Source of the DNA: Spirochaetaceae bacterium
GTDB lineage: Bacteria > Spirochaetota > Spirochaetia > DSM-2461
Length of the DNA stretch: 64,000 nt
Assembly (NCBI GenBank): GCA_051531975.1
Contig: JAOPTT010000009.1
Coordinates: 96,001 to 160,000 of the forward strand
Direction: 5' to 3'
Notes under the pieces: generated by a model
Seen by the model: only the letters and a program-made list of their open reading frames with translations
Database searches by the model: none
What the model was told of the DNA's origin: nothing
Shown here: positions 30,837 through 40,649 of the stretch, piece after piece
Numbering within the stretch: the stretch's first letter is position 1
Layout of the letters: each line of letters begins with the position of its first letter
Position numbers and translations under genes: made by a program

Positions 30837-31571
30837 ATGGCTAATTATAAAATTGAAGTGTGTGTTGATTCTTTAACTTCGTGTATTGAATCTCAAAGAG
30901 GGGGGGCAGATAGAGTGGAGCTTTGTGATAATATGTTTGAAGGTGGAACTACACCTAGTTATGGTAATATTAAGCAAGCTAGAAAACTACTAGATATCGG
31001 CTTACATGTAATAATTAGACCCAGAGGCGGGGATTTTAATTACTCAGATTATGAATTTGAATCAATGAAGGATGATATTACCATCTGTAAAGAGTTAGGT
31101 GTTGATGGAGTAGTTTTTGGTATTTTAACTAAGGATGGACAGATTGATATAAAAAGGTGTGCAGAATTAGTAGAGATATCAAAACCTATGCAACTAACAT
31201 TCCATAGAGCTTTTGATGTAGCGAAAGACCCTTATATAGCACTGCAAGAGATAATTGAATTAGGTTTCCATAGAGTATTAACTTCTGGGCAAGAACCTAG
31301 TGTCATGGAGGGTGTTGATCTAATATCTGAGTTAGTAGATATCGCGGAAGGAAATATTATTATTATGCCTGGTTGTGGTATTACAGTTCGTAATATGCCA
31401 AAAGTAATTGAAAAAACTAAAGCAAAAGAATTCCATGTTTTAATTAACTGTTTAGAAGAGAGTCAGATGGAACATCGGTCAGATGATATTTTTATGGGAA
31501 GCTCAGTAAGGAATCCTGAATTTCAGAGAGGCATAACAGATAAACAGGCTATTTCTAAATTGAAGAAATAG
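30837..31571 (+). CDS. cutC: Copper homeostasis protein CutC family
   Basis: EVCVDS, GGADRVELC, GGTTPS, IRPRGGDF, TFHRAFD, RVLTSG. Confidence 0.93.
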   Translation: MANYKIEVCVDSLTSCIESQRGGADRVELCDNMFEGGTTPSYGNIKQARKLLDIGLHVIIRPRGGDFNYSDYEFESMKDDITICKELGVDGVVFGILTKDGQIDIKRCAELVEISKPMQLTFHRAFDVAKDPYIALQEIIELGFHRVLTSGQEPSVMEGVDLISELVDIAEGNIIIMPGCGITVRNMPKVIEKTKAKEFHVLINCLEESQMEHRSDDIFMGSSVRNPEFQRGITDKQAISKLKK

Positions 31572-31574
31572 CCT
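31546..31574. terminator. Probable bidirectional terminator between convergent cutC and the ABC permease
   Basis: Perfect 11-bp stem AGGCTATTTCT/AGAAATAGCCT with a 7-nt loop; includes the cutC stop codon. Confidence 0.65.
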
Positions 31575-31585
31575 TTCATATTATC

Positions 31586-33238
31586 TTACATTGAAAGGTC
31601 TTCACCTTTTGAGAACTTATTAAAGAGCATAAGAGATAAAATTGTAAGCAGTGCTAACATAGATGAAAGTGCTGCAGCAACACCATAATTACCTCGTATA
31701 ATTTGTGTATAAATCTCTATTGTTAGAGTTTTTGTCCTACCTGTATAGAGTAGAATAGCAGATGAAAGCTCGCTAATCATGGTTATCCAACTTAATATAG
31801 CACCTGATATAATTCCTGCTGCCATCATGGGCATGGTTATTTTGTAAAAGGTTTTAATTTTAGAACTTCCTAGACTTAAGGATGCTTCCTCTACATTCAT
31901 AGGTATTTGCTGTAAAATTGCAGCACTGGACCTGATTGTATAAGGCAAACGCCGTAAAACTAAAGCTATGACCATAATGGCCATTGTTCCACTAAGTATT
32001 ATTGGAGGTTTATTAAAAGCTATTAAGAGTGTTATTCCCATTACAGATCCAGGAACAATATATGGAACCATGGATACTGTATCTATGATCTTAGTTAATA
32101 TTCCTGGTCGTCTAACAGAGATATAAGCTATTAAAACAGCTAAAAACAGTATGAAAATAAGAGCAACACCGGGAATAATCATTGTATTGGTTATTGCATT
32201 CCCAATTCTGCTAAAGGCATTTTTGTAACTCATAAAGGAGTATCCTGAAGCAAACATTGTTCCTTTTGTATTTTTAAAAGATGTATAAAAAATGTATATC
32301 TGAGGCATTATAGAAAAACCTACTAATATATATGTATAAGCATGTATTAATACTTTTGTAATTCCCTTTGCTTCAACTGGCCTAATTTTGTTTATTGTTG
32401 TCATAGTAAAGGATTTTTTAGATGAAAAATATTTTTGAACTAAAAATATAAGAGTCGTAATTATGATTGCAATTATTGATATTGCTGCAGCAAAACCATC
32501 ATCACCACCCATTTCACTTATAAACTCGTTAAATATAGTTACTGGGAAAGTTCTATAACCCTCTCCAATTAACATTGGTGTACCAAAATCTGCTAAAGAA
32601 CGCATAAATACAAGTAGTCCACCAGCTAAAAGGGTTGGTATTATCAGAGGAATTACAACAATGAAAAATCGTCTGATTCCAGAACAACCCAGATTTTCAC
32701 TGGCCTCTAATAGAGAGTTATCTACATTCTTTAGTGCCCCAGAGATATATAAAAATATCAGTGGATAGAGCTGTAATGTAAGTACTAAAAGTATTCCTGA
32801 GAAACCATATATCGTTGGGATCTGAATACCAAGTACATTTTTACAAAAAGCTGTGATTACACCACCACGACCTAATAATAATATCCATGAATAAGCTCCA
32901 ATAAATGGTGCAGACATTGAAGATAAAATTATTAAAACTCTAAATAATTTTTTTCCTTTAATATGGTATCTTGTAAAAATGTAAGCTAATGGAGTCGCTA
33001 ATACTACAGTGAATATTGTTACTAATATTGTAACTTTAAAACTATTTAACAGGGTATTTAGGTAGTATGGTTTACTAAAAAACTTAATAAAATAAGCTAG
33101 TGTAAACCTTCCTGTTTCTTTATCCCTTACTGCTTGAATAAGAAGATTAAAAAGTGGGAATAGTAGGAAGATTCCATACCCTATAAGAAGCCCTAGAGTT
33201 ACTATAACCCAGAAATCAAAACGTATTTTAGTTTTCAT
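31586..33238 (-). CDS. Fe3+/Afu-type ABC transporter permease (two TM modules)
   Basis: Two EAA loops (LLEASENLG, VEEASLSLG), ADFGTP. Confidence 0.9.
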   Translation of the reverse strand: MKTKIRFDFWVIVTLGLLIGYGIFLLFPLFNLLIQAVRDKETGRFTLAYFIKFFSKPYYLNTLLNSFKVTILVTIFTVVLATPLAYIFTRYHIKGKKLFRVLIILSSMSAPFIGAYSWILLLGRGGVITAFCKNVLGIQIPTIYGFSGILLVLTLQLYPLIFLYISGALKNVDNSLLEASENLGCSGIRRFFIVVIPLIIPTLLAGGLLVFMRSLADFGTPMLIGEGYRTFPVTIFNEFISEMGGDDGFAAAISIIAIIITTLIFLVQKYFSSKKSFTMTTINKIRPVEAKGITKVLIHAYTYILVGFSIMPQIYIFYTSFKNTKGTMFASGYSFMSYKNAFSRIGNAITNTMIIPGVALIFILFLAVLIAYISVRRPGILTKIIDTVSMVPYIVPGSVMGITLLIAFNKPPIILSGTMAIMVIALVLRRLPYTIRSSAAILQQIPMNVEEASLSLGSSKIKTFYKITMPMMAAGIISGAILSWITMISELSSAILLYTGRTKTLTIEIYTQIIRGNYGVAAALSSMLALLTILSLMLFNKFSKGEDLSM

Positions 33239-33244
33239 ATGGTT

Positions 33245-34327
33245 CTAGTCCTCTCTTCTTAGGTTTTGCTCTCCATCTTCTGAAAAGATGTTGATTTTTT
33301 TGTCTTTAATTGTAAGACCTACATTCTCTCCTGGGTCAAATGTATTCTCAAAAGATGACTCATGAATTATCTCTACTACCTGTTTATTAAAAGCTAGTTC
33401 CACAATTATATGGGTACTTAATCCAAGGAATATTGAGTCTTTTACAGTTCCCTGAAGTTGTCCTGTGTTCTCTTTGGATATAATAAAATCCTCTGGTCTA
33501 ACAGAAAGTATCACTTTTGAGTCTGATCCTTGTAATATATTTTCTGCTGGGAAGTTAAAATCCCCAAGGTCAATAATTTTTTTATCTGATATATAATTTG
33601 CATCTAAAAAGTTTGTTCTACCAATAAATGTAGCTACAAATATATTTCGAGGTCTATGGTAAATATCTTGTGGTGTTCCTACATGTTGTATTATTCCATC
33701 TTTCATAACAGCTATCCGGTCAGAAATTGCCATAGCCTCTTCTTGGTCATGGGTTACATATACAGTTGTAATCCCAACCTCTTTTTGCACATCCCTTATA
33801 ACCTGACGCATCTCTAGTCTTAACTTTGCATCTAAATTCGATAGTGGTTCATCCATTAATAGAACATCTGGTTTAATAACCAGAGCTCTAGCTAGTGCAA
33901 CCCTCTGTTGTTGCCCACCTGATAACTGCTCAGGCATTCTGTCTCTGTAGTCATATATTTGCATAAGTTTTAAAAATTTATCTGTTTCTTCTTTAACAAC
34001 CGCTTTCGTTAACTTTCTGTTTTTAAGACCAAACTCAACATTTTGCCTAACAGATAGGTGAGGGAATATTGCGTAATTCTGAAATACCATACCGATATTT
34101 CTCTTACTTACTTCCACATCATTAATTAACTTTTCGTTAAAACTGAATTCTCCACCTTCTATTGTATTAAAGCCTGCTATCATTCTTAAAAGAGTTGTTT
34201 TTCCGCAGCCTGATGGGCCTAAAAGAGTAAACAACTCTTTCTTTTTAATATCAACAGAAAGATCCGGTATAATTGTTAGATCCCCATATTTTTTCATTGC
34301 TTCTTTTATTGTTATGTTAACGCTCAA
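33245..34327 (-). CDS. ABC transporter ATP-binding protein (FbpC/PotA-like)
   Basis: GPSGCGKTT, LSGGQQQR, LMDEPLSNLD, YVTHDQ. Confidence 0.95.
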   Translation of the reverse strand: MSVNITIKEAMKKYGDLTIIPDLSVDIKKKELFTLLGPSGCGKTTLLRMIAGFNTIEGGEFSFNEKLINDVEVSKRNIGMVFQNYAIFPHLSVRQNVEFGLKNRKLTKAVVKEETDKFLKLMQIYDYRDRMPEQLSGGQQQRVALARALVIKPDVLLMDEPLSNLDAKLRLEMRQVIRDVQKEVGITTVYVTHDQEEAMAISDRIAVMKDGIIQHVGTPQDIYHRPRNIFVATFIGRTNFLDANYISDKKIIDLGDFNFPAENILQGSDSKVILSVRPEDFIISKENTGQLQGTVKDSIFLGLSTHIIVELAFNKQVVEIIHESSFENTFDPGENVGLTIKDKKINIFSEDGEQNLRRED

Positions 34328-34350
34328 TTATCCGTACCTTCCTACTGTTT

Positions 34351-35391
34351 TTATTTTAGATCTACAAAAATATCTTTAAAGTGATCTTGTAATGCACCTT
34401 TGTTTTTGTAAACATACTCCATATCCTCTTTAATAAGTTTGATTTGTGATATATTTGTCATAAAATCTGGTGTTGCTACATTAGACATAACAGGTCTGTT
34501 TGTTAATGTCGTTCCGTAGGTATTTTGTATATCTGCTGAAGTTATAAAGTCTATAAATAGTTTTGCATTTTCTAAGTTTTCTGCACCACTAATAATTCCT
34601 GCACCAGCTGGTAAATATACAACACCTTCTTCCATATATATTACTTCTACATCTGCACCATCTCGGACTAAGGTTACACTAGGATCTTCGTATGATAGAC
34701 CAACAGCATATTCACCATCTCTAACACCTTTCCAAACGGAACTAGAACTTCCTATTACAACTGTATTAGAAAATAGATCTTTAACAAAGTCCCACGCCTC
34801 AGCACTTTCATAGTCACCTTTACCAACTGCATTTAAGATATTTGTTAAATGAGCATAAGCACTTGAAGAAGCTGTTGGATTAGCTGATACAATTTTGCCT
34901 TTTAAATCTGGGTTTAATAGATCTTTATAACCTTTAATTCCTAAATCTCCAGCTAAAGTTTTATTAACTAAGATAACACTACCATCTAATACATATGGAG
35001 TAATAAATCCTGTTGTATTTCTATATAAGTCTATTAGATTTGAATCGTTTTTAGATTTATAATCTTGGAATAGATCTTTATTAACCATATATGTCGCAAA
35101 TGCTCCACCAAACGCTACATCTGCATAAGGTGCATTTTTTTCACCTTGTAATCGCTTAAATAGTTCTCCAGTTCCTGCTGAAATAATTTCAACCTTTACT
35201 CCATACTTCTCTTCAAATGGTATTATAGTTGAATTAAGTAATCCATCACTATTTGGTGAATAAACTACTAACTTATCACTTTTAACAACCTCTACAGGTT
35301 TCTCTGCAGCCATAGGTTCAGCTTTCTTTTGACATGAAACTATTGTTAGTATTAACGCAAAACCAACAATAACTTTTAATAATTTCGTCAT
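34351..35391 (-). CDS. ABC transporter substrate-binding lipoprotein (FbpA/AfuA-like)
   Basis: Start at ATG 35391 after AAGGAG; lipobox IVSC; LVVYS, GTGEL..RL..E, P..SSS. Confidence 0.88.
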   Translation of the reverse strand: MTKLLKVIVGFALILTIVSCQKKAEPMAAEKPVEVVKSDKLVVYSPNSDGLLNSTIIPFEEKYGVKVEIISAGTGELFKRLQGEKNAPYADVAFGGAFATYMVNKDLFQDYKSKNDSNLIDLYRNTTGFITPYVLDGSVILVNKTLAGDLGIKGYKDLLNPDLKGKIVSANPTASSSAYAHLTNILNAVGKGDYESAEAWDFVKDLFSNTVVIGSSSSVWKGVRDGEYAVGLSYEDPSVTLVRDGADVEVIYMEEGVVYLPAGAGIISGAENLENAKLFIDFITSADIQNTYGTTLTNRPVMSNVATPDFMTNISQIKLIKEDMEYVYKNKGALQDHFKDIFVDLK

Positions 35392-35522
35392 ATTGTTCTC
35401 CTTTTTGTTATATGTACGTATTATATAAGTATATTGCAACGAGAAGCAAAATCAATTATTTTTCATAGAATGATAAAAAAAATGGTGTTTTTTAATTCTG
35501 TATGAGCATATATAATTAATAT

Positions 35523-36014
35523 ATGAAGTTGAAATTATTTAAACAAACAGATATACAGGAATTCTTAGGGTTAATTTCAAATATAGATGAGAAATTTCTA
35601 TTACAGTTTGCTGGTCCAAGATATAGTTTTCCACTTGATGAAACACAATTAAAAGATTCATTAAATGACCCCACTTATATTCTTTTTAAAGCTATTAATG
35701 AAGACGACAAAATGGTTGGACATTGCCAATTAATGAGAATTGATTTAATTAATAAAACCGCCTCTATTGGTCGTGTATTTGTAGCGAATAAAAAACAAGG
35801 TCTTGGATATGGGACTAAAATGCTAAAATTACTTTTAGATTATGCAAAAAATGAACTAGATTTAGAACGTTTATCTTTAAGGGTTTTTGACTTTAATGTA
35901 TGGGCGATAAAATGTTACATAAAATTGGGTTTTATAGAGGTTAATGCCGAGACCTTTGAAGCCATTAAATTTAATGAAAAATGGGAATGCATAACAATGA
36001 ATTATAATTTATGA
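35523..36014 (+). CDS. GNAT-family N-acetyltransferase (RimJ/RimL-like)
   Basis: QGLGYG acetyl-CoA loop, N..AI.CY.KLGF. Confidence 0.88.
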   Translation: MKLKLFKQTDIQEFLGLISNIDEKFLLQFAGPRYSFPLDETQLKDSLNDPTYILFKAINEDDKMVGHCQLMRIDLINKTASIGRVFVANKKQGLGYGTKMLKLLLDYAKNELDLERLSLRVFDFNVWAIKCYIKLGFIEVNAETFEAIKFNEKWECITMNYNL

Positions 36015-36020
36015 TTAACC

Positions 36021-38261
36021 ATGTATAAAAAACTTAAAGATTTAAGAAAAGAAGATTATATAGTCTATGGTGTAAAAGCAGCAAACCTAGGGGAGATGAT
36101 ATTTCATGGATTACCAGTTCCTAATGGATATGTTTTAAATATTGATAATTTATTTGACAGTTCTACTCAAAAAATATTACAAGAAATATTCAAAAACTTA
36201 ATAACTGAATCTAACCCAGAACTTGCTGTTCGTTCTTCTTCATTATGTGAGGATTCCAAAGAACTAAGTATGGCTGGAGTTTTTGACTCTATTGTTGGAA
36301 TTAAAACTTTTACTGAAATGTTAAATGCTATAGAACAATGTATTCAATCCCTTTTTTCTGATAAAGCAAAATCCCTATATCTTGAGCATAATATTTCTGA
36401 AGATAGACTTAAAATGCCAATAATAATTCAATCTTTTAAAAGAGGTAGACCCTCTGGTGTTCTTTTTACAATCGATCCAGTAAAAATGGATAGTTCAAGT
36501 ATAATCATTTCTGGTGTAAATAGTATTTGTCAGGACTTTGTAAATGGTAATATGGAAACGTTTAGAGACAAGATTATTAGAGAAGATTATAAGAATAGCA
36601 AACATTCTGAATTAATAGAGAAGTCCTTAGAAATAGAAGAGTTATTTGAATGTCCTCAGGATATAGAGTGGACTAAAACTGATGATGAATTATGGATGCT
36701 ACAAGCTAGACCAATAACAAACCTTAAAATTGCCCCACCAGAACTTATTTATAATAATGAAGGTGATGAAAAATATACATGGAATCTCTGTTTAGAGGGG
36801 ATAAAACCATTAAACCAAGAGATTGCAATATTGTCTAATGCTGCCTATTCAAAGGGCTGTGAAGTATCTGGTCTATCATTTTTTTACGAAGATATAATGT
36901 TTTATGGAAATGCTAAATATCTTAGGAAAAAAAAACTTAAAAATGCTACTGGGTTAATGGATGCCTTTAAAGAAAACTTAAATAGATTAAAAGATGATGG
37001 TCAAAATATTTTTACAGATATTGTATTACCTAATTTATTAGAAAAGAAAAAAATAGTAGACACTTATGTAGATAAAGATTTAACGGCTACAGAGATTATA
37101 GAATTTTTAGAACTAGGTTTAGAATATAGGTTAGAAGCTGAAAGTTACCATTGGCAGGTAGTCTTTGGTGCTGCTGATGAAGGGGTTCTAAAAGAGTTTA
37201 AAGATACATATTCCCTATCAACCCTTGAGGCTGTTGAGCTGATATCTTCTGAAACTTTATTAGGTGAACAAAGACGTCTATTTCAGAATATTGCTGATAC
37301 AGTCATTCAGAGCCCAGAATTAACAAATTTGTTTAACAGTTGTAAATATAATAATTTATTATTGGAAAAGATTAAGAATTCAACACTAGCAAAAGAATTA
37401 CTGAGTCAAATTAAAGCTCAAATTAAAAAATATGGTTTAAATGTTTTAACTTGGGACTCATTTCAGATATTAGAAGAGAGACCAGAGAAGCTAATTGAGT
37501 TTTTAAGGTATCATGTAGGTTTAGCACAAAAAGGAAATGATCAAGTTTCTACTACTCTGGACTCTAGGAAAATAGAAAATAGAGTTTTAGATTCTTTAAA
37601 TGAAACAAAAAAGTTGATTTATCATAATGAAGTGAAATATCTAAAAAAGGCGTATTTAGTTCGAGATGACCACGCTTTTTATATCGATATTGGTGCTCCA
37701 GGATATTTAAGGAAAGCTATAATTACAGCTGGGGAACATCTTGTTTCAAAAGGTCTATTAGAAGTGTACTCCGACATTGAGTTTTATAGTCTTTTAGAGA
37801 TTAAAGAACTATTAATTGGTAATATAGATACATCGGATTTAAACGAACGAAAGAGCGTTTGGAAGTATAATTATAACCTTCCAAAACATATCGGTTTAAA
37901 ACCAAAAGTCAATGATTTTAAACCTAGCTCTAATGATGTTATAGCTAGTACTCAAATCTCTGGGCTTTCTGGTTTTGTTGGCAAAGTCAGTGGGAAAGTA
38001 GTAAAGGGTTCTGAAATTGATAAGGCCGAGGGAACTAATCTAATATTAATTTTAGGTGATATTCGCCAAATGGATCCTGAGCCTTACATTGGGAAGATTG
38101 CTGGAATAATCTTTGAAAATGGTTCTCCATTAGAGCATGTTGGGATATGGGCCAGAGAAAAAAACCTACCTACTATTTTTAGTGTTATAGGAGCTAATAA
38201 AATTATTTCTGGTAATACAGTCATGATTGATGGAGATAAGGAGTGTGTAGAAATACTATGA
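36021..38261 (+). CDS. PEP-synthase-related dikinase with Rph-like domain order (ATP-grasp, central domain, C-terminal phospho-His domain)
   Basis: GVKAANL, LPVPNG, AVRSS..ED....SMAG, SGVLFT.DP, PQDIEW, LQARPIT; C-terminal GSPLEHVGIWARE. Confidence 0.8.
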   Translation: MYKKLKDLRKEDYIVYGVKAANLGEMIFHGLPVPNGYVLNIDNLFDSSTQKILQEIFKNLITESNPELAVRSSSLCEDSKELSMAGVFDSIVGIKTFTEMLNAIEQCIQSLFSDKAKSLYLEHNISEDRLKMPIIIQSFKRGRPSGVLFTIDPVKMDSSSIIISGVNSICQDFVNGNMETFRDKIIREDYKNSKHSELIEKSLEIEELFECPQDIEWTKTDDELWMLQARPITNLKIAPPELIYNNEGDEKYTWNLCLEGIKPLNQEIAILSNAAYSKGCEVSGLSFFYEDIMFYGNAKYLRKKKLKNATGLMDAFKENLNRLKDDGQNIFTDIVLPNLLEKKKIVDTYVDKDLTATEIIEFLELGLEYRLEAESYHWQVVFGAADEGVLKEFKDTYSLSTLEAVELISSETLLGEQRRLFQNIADTVIQSPELTNLFNSCKYNNLLLEKIKNSTLAKELLSQIKAQIKKYGLNVLTWDSFQILEERPEKLIEFLRYHVGLAQKGNDQVSTTLDSRKIENRVLDSLNETKKLIYHNEVKYLKKAYLVRDDHAFYIDIGAPGYLRKAIITAGEHLVSKGLLEVYSDIEFYSLLEIKELLIGNIDTSDLNERKSVWKYNYNLPKHIGLKPKVNDFKPSSNDVIASTQISGLSGFVGKVSGKVVKGSEIDKAEGTNLILILGDIRQMDPEPYIGKIAGIIFENGSPLEHVGIWAREKNLPTIFSVIGANKIISGNTVMIDGDKECVEIL

Positions 38262-38638
38262 ATAAAAACATTTTTTATATTGGAGAGGTTGGGGAATTAA
38301 CTGGTGCCTCTTCAAAAGCAATTAGAATGTACGAAGAAATGACAATTATCCCAATTCCAAATAGAAATAAGAGTGGGTATAGAGTTTATACATTGGGGCT
38401 AATAGAGAGAATTAAAGTAATTAAAACTGCACAGAATCTTGGATTTAAACTTTCTGAGATCAAAAGTATTTTACATGATTCAACTCTTGTCTGCACCACA
38501 ACTCCTTGGGATAACATCATAATGTTAATACAAGATAAAATAATAAATAATAACTCAAAAATTGAAAATTTAAAGAAAGAAAATATTGGCTTAAATGAGT
38601 TTTGCATAGAAATAAAGAATCATCATATGCTCACTTGA
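38258..38638 (+). CDS. MerR-family transcriptional regulator
   Basis: IGEV..LTG.S.KAIRMYE, GYR.Y, I..AQ.LGF.LSEI; ATG 38258 overlaps the upstream TGA (ATGA). Confidence 0.9.
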   Translation: MNKNIFYIGEVGELTGASSKAIRMYEEMTIIPIPNRNKSGYRVYTLGLIERIKVIKTAQNLGFKLSEIKSILHDSTLVCTTTPWDNIIMLIQDKIINNNSKIENLKKENIGLNEFCIEIKNHHMLT

Positions 38639-38666
38639 CCTTACCCCATAGGGCAAGCTTTATATT
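38635..38666 (+). promoter_or_regulatory. MerR-type promoter/operator
   Basis: TTGACC, 20 nt, TATATT, with dyad CTTACCC-CATA-GGGCAAG in the elongated spacer. Confidence 0.8.
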
Positions 38667-38685
38667 TAGGTATAAAGGAGAAAAT

Positions 38686-39678
38686 ATGATCAAGAATTAT
38701 ATGAATGCTATTATTCTTAAAGGTTTTGGTGGTGCTGATCTCATGAAAATCGAAACTATTAAAACCCCCACGCCTAATAAAAACCAGGTACTCATTAAAA
38801 TATATTCAACATCTATAAACCCCCTAGATATATTAAGACGAGAGGGGCGGTTATCATTTTTTACTGGAAAAAAATTTCCAATAATCCTTGGTAATGATGT
38901 TTCTGGGGAAGTGGTTTCATTAGGTTCTGATGTGAAAAAGTTTTCTCTAGGGGATAAAGTCTATGGAATGATAGATGTGAATAATACTTTATCTAAAACG
39001 GGTTTTTCAAAAAGTGGTTCATATGCTGAATATTGCGTAACAAGAGAGGATACTATAGCGTTAATCCCTTCTAATTTAGATGTAATAGAAGCAGGAGTTA
39101 TTCCTTTGGCTGGATTAACAGCATATCAAGGATTAGTAAATGAAGCGAAAGTTGTTAAAGGGCAAAATATCTTAATAAATGGAGCATCAGGAGGTGTCGG
39201 AATAATGGCAGTTCAACTAGCATTAAAATTTGGTTTAAATGTAACAACTGTTTCATCTAAGAAGAATATGAATATCTTAAGTAAACTAGGTGTTTGTAGA
39301 ACATTAGACTACAATTGTGATGATTTTACTAACATAGATACAAAATATGATATAATTTATGATGTTAAATCTAATAGCTCATACAAAAAATGCAAACATA
39401 TATTAACGATCACAGGGATATATTTATCTAATGTTGCAACGATTTCAACAGTACTAGGGCGGAGATTTTTACCTATAAAAAAGTTGTTTGGTTATCAGAA
39501 AAGAAATAGTCATGTTTGGGTTCTCCCAAGTGCTGATGATTTAGAAGTTTTAGGAGAATTAGTTAAGCCAATTATAGATAAAAAGATTTTGATAAAAGAT
39601 ATTGGATTTGCACATAAATATTTTCAGAACAATAGCGTTATGGGTAAGGTTCTATTACTCTCCATATATCATAAGTAA
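38686..39678 (+). CDS. NAD(P)-dependent MDR-family oxidoreductase (quinone oxidoreductase-like)
   Basis: SINPLD, P.ILGND.SG, GSYAEY, PLAGLTAYQ, INGASGGVG; AAGGAG SD before ATG 38686. Confidence 0.88.
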   Translation: MIKNYMNAIILKGFGGADLMKIETIKTPTPNKNQVLIKIYSTSINPLDILRREGRLSFFTGKKFPIILGNDVSGEVVSLGSDVKKFSLGDKVYGMIDVNNTLSKTGFSKSGSYAEYCVTREDTIALIPSNLDVIEAGVIPLAGLTAYQGLVNEAKVVKGQNILINGASGGVGIMAVQLALKFGLNVTTVSSKKNMNILSKLGVCRTLDYNCDDFTNIDTKYDIIYDVKSNSSYKKCKHILTITGIYLSNVATISTVLGRRFLPIKKLFGYQKRNSHVWVLPSADDLEVLGELVKPIIDKKILIKDIGFAHKYFQNNSVMGKVLLLSIYHK

Positions 39679-39699
39679 TAATTCTGTTAATATATATTT

Positions 39700-40569
39700 A
39701 TGGGTATATTAACGCTTAAAAACGATTCACTTTTTGTCGAAATCTTAGCTCCAGGAACAGAGTATTGTAGATCTCGTTTTGATTGGACTGGTATTGTAAA
39801 ACAGGTATCGATAGGTAATACAACCTTTTTGGGAACAGAGGCAGATAACATTGGTTATGCAGGAACTGAGGGTATCGGTTTGTCCACAGAGTTTGGAATA
39901 TCAACACCTATAGGATATTGGAAGACAGTACCAGGTCATAACTTTATGAAAATAGGTATTGGTGCACTTAAAAGGAAATCAATTTTTCCATACTCTTTTT
40001 TTAAAGACTATCCAATTTCTACATTTAATACTGATATTAAAACTTATGAAAACAAAATTGAATTTATTCAAAATGGGTGTGAAGTAGGATCTTATAAATA
40101 TGATTATACAAAAACAGTTAGTATAAAGGGTTTTAATCTAAAAATTAATTATAAACTTAAAAATATCGGAAAATCTACAATAAAGACAGAGGAATATTGC
40201 CATAACTTTTTACGCCTTGGTGACTCTGATGTAACAGACCAGTTTGTAGTAGATACTAATCATGAAATAAGAACCACTAAACTAGTTGGTGATTTAGATA
40301 TTAAGACTAATCAGATTCTTTTTCCAAGTAGTCCGTTGGATACTTTTTATTCCTGTAGTAATTTTAAAGATGAACCAAGAAATTTTTACTGGGAAATTAC
40401 AAATAAAGAAAATGGAACAAGGGTTAAATGCACTGAAAATATTCCAGTTAGTAAGTTTGCATTATGGGGGATGAAACATGTTATATCTCCAGAAAGCTTC
40501 TACTCTTTTACTTTAAAACCAAACCAGGAATTAACATGGAGTCGTAATTATGAATTTTGTAAGAGTTAA
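39700..40569 (+). CDS. Hypothetical protein, possibly galactose-mutarotase-like beta fold
   Basis: 289-aa beta-rich ORF; SRFDWTG, YCHNF, ISPE, L.P.Q...W.R.Y. Confidence 0.6.
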   Translation: MGILTLKNDSLFVEILAPGTEYCRSRFDWTGIVKQVSIGNTTFLGTEADNIGYAGTEGIGLSTEFGISTPIGYWKTVPGHNFMKIGIGALKRKSIFPYSFFKDYPISTFNTDIKTYENKIEFIQNGCEVGSYKYDYTKTVSIKGFNLKINYKLKNIGKSTIKTEEYCHNFLRLGDSDVTDQFVVDTNHEIRTTKLVGDLDIKTNQILFPSSPLDTFYSCSNFKDEPRNFYWEITNKENGTRVKCTENIPVSKFALWGMKHVISPESFYSFTLKPNQELTWSRNYEFCKS

Positions 40570-40649
40570 TTAAGTAAAATAGATGATTTATACACTGTTT
40601 TCTTTAATACTTTTGCAAAATCTTTAATTTTATATTTTAATTAGATAAT

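Noticed and set aside
30837..31571. cutC as choline TMA-lyase
   Set aside because: Name collision only; this is the small TIM-barrel copper-homeostasis CutC, not a glycyl-radical enzyme.
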